Assembly (NCBI GenBank): GCA_963801935.1
Contig: CAWDHA010000016.1
Span: 75,814-139,813 of the forward strand
DNA: 64,000 nucleotides
DNA from: an uncultured delta proteobacterium
Lineage (GTDB): Bacteria > Desulfobacterota > Binatia > UBA9968
Direction: 5' to 3'
The notes beneath the pieces are model-generated. The model had not been told where the DNA came from, made no database searches, and worked only from the letters and a program-made list of their open reading frames with translations. Positions 58,059-64,000 of the stretch are shown piece by piece (positions within the stretch are counted from its first letter, which is position 1; each line of letters opens with the position of its first letter). The translations under genes and the position numbers were made by a program.

Positions 58059-59810
58059 TTACTTTTTGACGGCTTCGAACCTACCCCGGCCGGTGTCGGT
58101 CGGAATAATGCTTACCCGAAAGCCGGCAGTGCTTAATTCTCGGGCCAGCGAGTGGGAACTATACGATGTGAATCCATCGACGCGAGCCTGCGCAACAAGC
58201 CGGGGCATAGCGCTCTCGTGGATGTCGTGGTATTCGCCGATGACACGTTCCACTTTGGCGAGCTGCGTGCTAGTGAGCAGGATCGGGTACTCGCTTCCTT
58301 CGCAGTCGAGCTTGAGCAGCTTGACTCGCTTGAACCGCCCGAGAACCTCGTCCAGCGGCACGGCTGGGATCCGGGACTGGTCTGCCTCGGCGGATATCCG
58401 GGACTCTTGGGTGTCAGAATCGAAAAGCTGCCCTCCGAATATTACGTTGCCGCTGCCCGTGTTCAAAAACGCCGGGCCGGAGTGAAGCAGATCGTCGACG
58501 GCGGGAGCATCGCTGCGAAAAACGGCGCGGTTGTATAAATGCATTCCCGGCAGGTCCGAAAGGTGATTCCGCAACCGCGCAAAATTTGTGGGGCTGGCCT
58601 CAAATGCATGGATTTCCCGGCTGCCGAGGTAGTGACAGGCGAAGCTGAACGACCCGATATGGGCGCCGATGTCGATGACGACATCCTCCGGACGGAAATG
58701 CCGCCCGAACACCTGGTATTCATCCCAAAGGATGATCGAGCGCACAATTGCGGCCTCCAAGGCGCTTTGGGCTTTGAACCGCCGCAAAGCGCTCTTGTAT
58801 GCCCAATATCCGCGGGCCAGCCCCAAGCGCGCCTGTGCGTCCGGCCAGACCCTGTGAAGCGCCGGATAGACCGCCAAACCTGCTATCGCCCGAGCCTCCG
58901 CGTGTGTTTTTCTGGCCAGAGCTTCCGCCTTGCGGCTTAGCGAGCGGAGGGCGGAGGACTTGCGCGGATGCGACATGCCGGCGGCCGGCGGCAGGAACGG
59001 CCGGGCAGCGCGGTTGTACGTCGTGTCCACCTGGCGAACAAAATCTTCCGTCAGCAGACCAGCGTGAAAAAACGTGAAATCGGCGCGGCGCTCCTCCCAC
59101 CAGAGATGCGCCCAGAGGTGTATGCTGTAGACACCATCAGGGATGGGCTGACAATCTTCCAGGAGAGCTCCCAACCCTCTGCCGGTCGGTGAGAAGTGGT
59201 AAAAGGAGCGCTGTGGCTCGACATGGATGAGAGCCGGAAACTGTGTGGCCAACCGCTGGGGAAATAAGGTCGAATGATTGCTCCAGGTCCCATCAAATTC
59301 GTCCACCATTCCTTCCAGCCAGAGGCGTCCGAAATCTGCCCCTGGGGTGGACATGATCAAGGCGTTGCACAACGATGGTGCCGACCCTCCGGTTTTCGGG
59401 TTATGGATGTCCCTTTCTCGGCCAAGCACGAATGGCTTTTGGAATAACGACGGTGGCAACGGACGTACGAACAGCGTGTCGATGTCCGCATACACCCCAC
59501 CACTTTCCAAGAGGTTCTCCAGCCGGATAAAGTCTGCGTGGTGAGCATACCGCAACGGCTTAAGGCTACGATTCTTATACCGGAACCTTTCCACCATGGG
59601 ATGCAACGGCACTTTCACCAGCGTCAACTGCGACTTGATCAGCTCCCAATACGGCCCATATGGCTCATAGTGATAGTAGAAGCGCATGGATTCCGGCTGA
59701 TTGACGCGCCGGCAGGACTCCAGGCACAGATAGTGGGCCAGATGGAACGGCTCGCGCTGCTTGCGCAGTCCGAATACGAAATGGAACTGATGCGGGATCA
59801 CCTCAGGCAT
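58059..59810 (-). CDS. Fusion protein: DXD-motif sugar-binding glycosyltransferase domain (GT32-like) + FkbM-family methyltransferase domain
   Basis: N-terminus: HQFHFVFG.., ADFIRLENLLESGGVYADIDTLFVRPL. C-terminus: VVIDIGAHIGSFSF..AFEASPTNF and VKLLKLDCEGSEYPIL. Intact 583 aa. Confidence 0.7.
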   Translation of the reverse strand: MPEVIPHQFHFVFGLRKQREPFHLAHYLCLESCRRVNQPESMRFYYHYEPYGPYWELIKSQLTLVKVPLHPMVERFRYKNRSLKPLRYAHHADFIRLENLLESGGVYADIDTLFVRPLPPSLFQKPFVLGRERDIHNPKTGGSAPSLCNALIMSTPGADFGRLWLEGMVDEFDGTWSNHSTLFPQRLATQFPALIHVEPQRSFYHFSPTGRGLGALLEDCQPIPDGVYSIHLWAHLWWEERRADFTFFHAGLLTEDFVRQVDTTYNRAARPFLPPAAGMSHPRKSSALRSLSRKAEALARKTHAEARAIAGLAVYPALHRVWPDAQARLGLARGYWAYKSALRRFKAQSALEAAIVRSIILWDEYQVFGRHFRPEDVVIDIGAHIGSFSFACHYLGSREIHAFEASPTNFARLRNHLSDLPGMHLYNRAVFRSDAPAVDDLLHSGPAFLNTGSGNVIFGGQLFDSDTQESRISAEADQSRIPAVPLDEVLGRFKRVKLLKLDCEGSEYPILLTSTQLAKVERVIGEYHDIHESAMPRLVAQARVDGFTSYSSHSLARELSTAGFRVSIIPTDTGRGRFEAVKK

Positions 59811-59852
59811 GGTGTGGTCTGCGTCCGAGCTCGATTGTTGGTGGCGGAGGTG

Positions 59853-60830
59853 TTATGGCGCATTGGTGGCGGGGGTTTGCCTGCTGCGCACTCTGTTACA
59901 GAGGCGTACGAAGGGATGTTCTCTCTGCCCCGCCAAAAATTGCAGAAAGGCGGGGCGGAGTGGACGCTGCTTCCAGGCGAAATAGGCTTCATAGGCAGCG
60001 GCATCTTCGTGCAACGCCAGCAGATACTCGCCCAGGGCTTTGGGGTTAGCAAAGTCCGCCGTATTGATGTAACAGTGGTCGCCTGGTGCCAGGCGCTCCA
60101 CATTAGGGGCTCCCAAATAGACTGGGACCGAACCAGCCACTAGGGGATCAAAGAACTTTTCGGTGACATAGTCATCGTCGATGGCATTTTCGAAGCCCAG
60201 GGTGAACTTATAAGCGGCAATCACCTCCAGTTTGGTTGGCCGCCAGCCGTCGTCCGTAAGGGTACGGTTGCGCCGAAACTTGCCATAGGAATGCACGCCT
60301 ACATAGCGCATGAGCTCGGTCGCGTACTCCAACCGGCGGCTCCGATTTACCCAGCTTGAGATAAAGAGGGCCGCCAGCTTGTCCTGGCCTTTCGCTTTGG
60401 CTGGCTCGCGCATGGCGCGCACCAGATTCGGGCCGGAAATGTAAAACCACAGATACGGCACGCTCACATCAGCATCGAGCCGATAGGTCATGGTGAGGTC
60501 AAAGTGACGCATATAGGCAGGATCACGCAGACAGGGATAATTCTGCTCGCATTCCATGGACCACGCGACCCACAGTTGCCCTGGCCGCTTTCGCCAGCGC
60601 GGCAGCCGACGCAACGACGGGATATGAAAGACCACAGCATCCGCCACATCCATCTGCCGCCGGTCTTCGGTGGCTACGCAGCCTTCCGGCAACTCGATGC
60701 CTTGCAGGTCGAGTCGCTGGTTCCACATACGATTGTAGAAAAGCAGTAATGTCTGCGCATGGGCCGTGCGCTGCTCCGATGCCGGCAAGGAAAAAAGGCG
60801 GGACAGGTGCGTCACGATGTTCCGCAACAT
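59853..60830 (-). CDS. Alpha-1,3/4-fucosyltransferase-like (GT10)
   Basis: YKFTLGFENAIDDDYVTEKFFDPLVAGSVPVYLG matches the GT10 FxLxFEN....YxTEK motif. AALFISSWVNRS lies upstream. Confidence 0.7.
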   Translation of the reverse strand: MLRNIVTHLSRLFSLPASEQRTAHAQTLLLFYNRMWNQRLDLQGIELPEGCVATEDRRQMDVADAVVFHIPSLRRLPRWRKRPGQLWVAWSMECEQNYPCLRDPAYMRHFDLTMTYRLDADVSVPYLWFYISGPNLVRAMREPAKAKGQDKLAALFISSWVNRSRRLEYATELMRYVGVHSYGKFRRNRTLTDDGWRPTKLEVIAAYKFTLGFENAIDDDYVTEKFFDPLVAGSVPVYLGAPNVERLAPGDHCYINTADFANPKALGEYLLALHEDAAAYEAYFAWKQRPLRPAFLQFLAGQREHPFVRLCNRVRSRQTPATNAP

Positions 60831-60983
60831 TAGGCCACGACCATTCCAGCATGACCGCCCAACAATCGCTCCAGGCCCGCTGACAGACTAATCCGTCTGC
60901 CTACGCCTAACCCGCACGCCCTGCGAGTCACGCGATGCCTTGTGCCGGTTCCGATAATTGAATCAGCCAGTTTGCGCGTTACG

Positions 60984-62153
60984 CTACCTGGGTATGATTT
61001 CCAGAAACGCCAGCATCTCATGAATGATCTTCTCGGTCTTGAACTTCTCGCGCACGAATGCCTGGAGCCGTCGGCCTCGTTCCCGTGCTCCCTCGGGGTG
61101 GGTGAACACTTCCCGCATCAACCGCGCTCCATGGGCGAGATCTGGCGCCGCCCAGCGATGGCCCCGATAGCCGGCGTCAGGTGCTCCACTCGGTTCCGCC
61201 GGAATCAGCTGGTAGTCGACCAGATAGCCGAGCGTGTCCGGCAAAAATTCCAACTGCCCTCCATTCCCAGTCATGACGACCGGGTTGCCGGCGAAGGCTG
61301 CATCGTAGGCGCCAAGCCCCCACCCCTCTGCCCGGGTCAACGACACGTAGCAATCGCCGCGGGAGTGCAGGCCCTGCATCTCAGAGTCGGAGAGAGGCTC
61401 GGTTATCGTCAACACGCGGGCCGGGGACGTAAGCTCGCGGCGCATACGATGAATCTCCCGCCGTGTCGTGTCAATGTGCCGCGTGACGTACCACCACCGG
61501 CGGGTGTAGCGCCTGCGGCGCTCGTTTACATTGGACGTCTTGATCACTAGCACGACCTTGTCATCGCCGGTGAATACTCTCAAATAGCTTTCGAGAGTGA
61601 GATGCATGCCTTTTCGCTCGGTCCAACCCCCGATGGTGTAAAACACAAAGTCATCATCTCGCACGCCGTCCAGATAAAGCGTTCGGCTGCTGGACGGCGT
61701 GTCATGTATGTGGTGCACCACTCCTATCGGTCGAGTAATGCCATTGGCCATGAACACCTCCCGATTCCAGTGACAGGGGACGACCAGCGCGTCCATGCGG
61801 TTGAGTGTTTCCGGCCAGTGGGCCGGTAGGATATCCGTTTCCCATACGGTCATCCCGACCACTTTCTTTCCCGCTTCTAGGGCTCGCCAGCGGGAATAAT
61901 ACTCGGGCACGAGGTGAACGATCACGGTGTCGTACTCGATCGGGAGATTGCACAGGTCGCCAAACTCATTGTCCCGGAAATCCCTGGCCTCGTAGGGTTC
62001 CAGGTACATACCCCAGCACCTTCCGGGCACCATCGGAGTGCAAGTAAGGGGGATACCTCCGCTCCGAAGCCCCCGAATGTAGGCCCGTGCCGCCTGCCCG
62101 TACCCGCTAGGGCATGCCTCGCAAACGTATTTGATACCCCTCACCGAAGGCAT
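60984..62153 (-). CDS. Glycosyltransferase (GT1/GT4-like)
   Basis: KGMHLTLESYLRVF..VVLVIKT and DCYVSLTRAEGWGLGAYDAAFAGNPVVMTGNGGQLEFL. Confidence 0.65.
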   Translation of the reverse strand: MPSVRGIKYVCEACPSGYGQAARAYIRGLRSGGIPLTCTPMVPGRCWGMYLEPYEARDFRDNEFGDLCNLPIEYDTVIVHLVPEYYSRWRALEAGKKVVGMTVWETDILPAHWPETLNRMDALVVPCHWNREVFMANGITRPIGVVHHIHDTPSSSRTLYLDGVRDDDFVFYTIGGWTERKGMHLTLESYLRVFTGDDKVVLVIKTSNVNERRRRYTRRWWYVTRHIDTTRREIHRMRRELTSPARVLTITEPLSDSEMQGLHSRGDCYVSLTRAEGWGLGAYDAAFAGNPVVMTGNGGQLEFLPDTLGYLVDYQLIPAEPSGAPDAGYRGHRWAAPDLAHGARLMREVFTHPEGARERGRRLQAFVREKFKTEKIIHEMLAFLEIIPR

Positions 62154-62157
62154 CGCA

Positions 62158-63093
62158 CTATCTCGATTCTGCCGCTTCGGAAGGATAGCGAAAGCGCCCT
62201 GTTACCGCCCGTACCAGGCGCTGGAGGTGAAATTCGACACGGTGAAACTGCCGCCAGAGCTGGTATGAGGCCCACATGTAGGAATGCCGCAACCAGTCCG
62301 GCCACTGCTTTTCGATGCCATGACGGTAACGCCAGGATGGCTGAGCCACGATGTCCTGCATGACGCTGGGATGTGTACCCCGGAAAAATCTGAGATGACC
62401 TCGCTCGTCATACAGATCATCCGGCTTCTTTTCTTTGTACTCATTTTCCAACCAGGCGTCGTCATAGTATAGACTATGAAAGTTTCTCTGCTTCGCCAGC
62501 ATGACATGAGGCGGGCGCGCCCAGCCGTAGTGATAGATGTAGGCGCCAGAATCCGCCTGCTTTAGATAGCGCTCTCTGCCCTCGTGACGCAAGCCGAAAT
62601 CCATAGCGTCGCCCCAGGACACCGCCCCAATCCCCAGCCTTACGGCGCGAATAGCGCGGGGATACCACCGGCGTGGATTGTCCTGTACGGTTTGGAAGGA
62701 GCCGTAGAAGTGGTGGTAGCGGAAGGTAAGCGCCTCAGTAGCTCGTTTCAGATGCTTCTCCATTGCCCGGCGGATGATCGGATAATCCTTCTCGTGCAAT
62801 ACCTCGTCGGCTTGCAAGTACAATCCCCAATCGCCCTGGCAGCGCTCTAGAGCAAGGTTGGTCTGCTGTGCCAGCAGCGAACCTCTGTGGCGCAGGTTCA
62901 TGTCCCAGGTACAGCGGAAGGCCTTGATCTTCGGTTCGCCCATGGACTGCACCAGGTCCCAGGTGCCATCGTCGCTGTCGCCTACATTCAGCACCATCTC
63001 ATCCACCAGGGGCAGCATGGAGCGCAAACTAGCCTCCAGCGGATAGCCAAAGCGCACGATATTGCGAGCGATACTGAAGCCGCATATTTTCAT
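62158..63093 (-). CDS. Glycosyltransferase family 2-like
   Basis: MKICGFSIARNIVRFGYPLEASLRSMLPLVDEMVLNVGDSDDGT and LYLQADEVLHE (DxD-like). Confidence 0.6.
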   Translation of the reverse strand: MKICGFSIARNIVRFGYPLEASLRSMLPLVDEMVLNVGDSDDGTWDLVQSMGEPKIKAFRCTWDMNLRHRGSLLAQQTNLALERCQGDWGLYLQADEVLHEKDYPIIRRAMEKHLKRATEALTFRYHHFYGSFQTVQDNPRRWYPRAIRAVRLGIGAVSWGDAMDFGLRHEGRERYLKQADSGAYIYHYGWARPPHVMLAKQRNFHSLYYDDAWLENEYKEKKPDDLYDERGHLRFFRGTHPSVMQDIVAQPSWRYRHGIEKQWPDWLRHSYMWASYQLWRQFHRVEFHLQRLVRAVTGRFRYPSEAAESR

Positions 63094-63980
63094 GTCGCTT
63101 CCTTATAGTTGCTGAACCACATGCTTTTCGCTCTTCTCACGCTGATGAAAGCAATCCCGAACATAGTTCTGCTTACCCTCAGCAGCAACCAGAGCACATG
63201 ACCTATGCTAGGCTGCGGCAAATAGTAATCCATCGCAAAATCGTAATACAAAAAGGTTTTTGAGTTTATGCCATCTTTACCAATATGCTGTGTCACCGAT
63301 GGGCGGACGGCATAAAAGCGATAGTCACGGCTGATAAGATAGTCGACTAAAACCCAATCCCAGTCGCCTGACTTCTCGGCGGAAAGCAAGTTGGTCCCGG
63401 CGTATGCAACCTCTGCAAGTTCATTGGCATGAAAAAATAAATGTGCTCCGCCCAAAGTTAGTTTTCTGTAGTATTCCTGATATGTCTCAACGACTTTATG
63501 CGCAGGAGTATTGAAACCGGTCAGGATGAATTTGTTGCATTTCTCTGAGATAAGTTGATGGGTGGTGAGCAATCTATTTGTCCAGTCTCTTCTTACGATC
63601 ATGTCCGCGTCCAGATTACTCAGGTAGGTAGTCTGAAAGTGGCTGGCCAGATACGACCACCCAAAGAGCAGATTCTGATTGATCGTGGCAGGACGGGGAT
63701 ACTCTGCACTACATCCTACCCGCTTGACTTTGATTATTGGAGCCTGCGGATGGCTGCAGTGCTCGACTAAATCAAGCGTGGCCTGATCGTCACTCGAGTC
63801 GTCAATCAACATGATTACCGTATCAGGTAAATCACTGCTGCAGAGTGATTGCAGGGTGCGCTTGAGATAGCCTGGCCTGTTATAAACAGTGATCACTAAA
63901 CCTACGATATAAATAGGAGCAAGCTGCTGGGGTAACTCAACACGATAGAGCGGATCGAATAATTCATGCAGTTTGATCAT
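63090..63980 (-). CDS. Glycosyltransferase family 2-like (low-GC gene)
   Basis: IVGLVITVYNRPGYLKRTLQSLCSSDLPDTVIMLIDDSSDD. GC is visibly much lower than in the 36-47 kb genes. Confidence 0.55.
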   Translation of the reverse strand: MIKLHELFDPLYRVELPQQLAPIYIVGLVITVYNRPGYLKRTLQSLCSSDLPDTVIMLIDDSSDDQATLDLVEHCSHPQAPIIKVKRVGCSAEYPRPATINQNLLFGWSYLASHFQTTYLSNLDADMIVRRDWTNRLLTTHQLISEKCNKFILTGFNTPAHKVVETYQEYYRKLTLGGAHLFFHANELAEVAYAGTNLLSAEKSGDWDWVLVDYLISRDYRFYAVRPSVTQHIGKDGINSKTFLYYDFAMDYYLPQPSIGHVLWLLLRVSRTMFGIAFISVRRAKSMWFSNYKEAT

Positions 63981-64000
63981 CGGTCGGATCGTGATGTTTA

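Noticed and set aside
60830-61021. 63-aa minus-strand ORF filling the 153-nt gap upstream of the GT10 gene.
   Set aside because: It overlaps the 3' end of the preceding GT gene by about 38 nt in another frame. It is Arg/Gly-rich and has no SD.

Overview
This is a high-GC bacterial chromosomal segment, probably from a diderm, since lpxA, yacG, glnE and prmA/rsmE are present. No database or HMM search was run. All family calls come from reading the supplied translations and recalling motifs.

The window has three parts.

(1) 1-5.9 kb holds a degraded integrative element at tRNA-Phe(GAA). It carries a replication-module protein, a truncated primase-helicase, an excisionase-like HTH, an XRE HTH and a frameshifted tyrosine integrase. 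Heavily disrupted gshB and zinc-ribbon/RDD genes follow it.

(2) 5.9-24.6 kb is a housekeeping and accessory mix:
- rsmE and prmA
- an FAH-family gene bracketed by two inverted MITE-like repeats
- a DUF1015 gene and a cyclic amidohydrolase
- an ABC permease, an SBP-fold decarboxylase-like gene and an F420/PPOX-like gene
- a kinase-like/BON protein and vapBC
- glnE, lpxA and yacG
- a decayed PhnD-like binding protein

(3) 25.1 kb to beyond 64 kb is one co-directional (minus-strand), tightly packed glycan-assembly locus of about 35 genes. It contains at least 14 glycosyltransferases (GT2, GT4, GT10, GT32-like and TagF-like). Other enzymes are two Gfo/Idh/MocA oxidoreductases, two SDR epimerases, two alkaline-phosphatase-family proteins, GNAT and AAC(3)-like acetyltransferases, methyltransferases and an AsnB-type amidotransferase. 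It also has a Cys-rich radical SAM enzyme followed by a 36-aa sORF, an alpha/alpha-toroid protein, a PF14907-like nucleotidyltransferase and an MsbA-like ABC exporter. No Wzx/Wzy/Wzz, Wzm/Wzt or priming transferase is visible.

The locus shows nested paralogy, a decayed duplicate GT, a compositional mosaic and an eroded promoter-distal end.

Major caveat: I count about 30 frame disruptions in the window. Many lie at homopolymers, so some may be sequencing errors. However, they are strongly clustered and some are accompanied by deletions or truncations. No CRISPR array or rRNA was seen.
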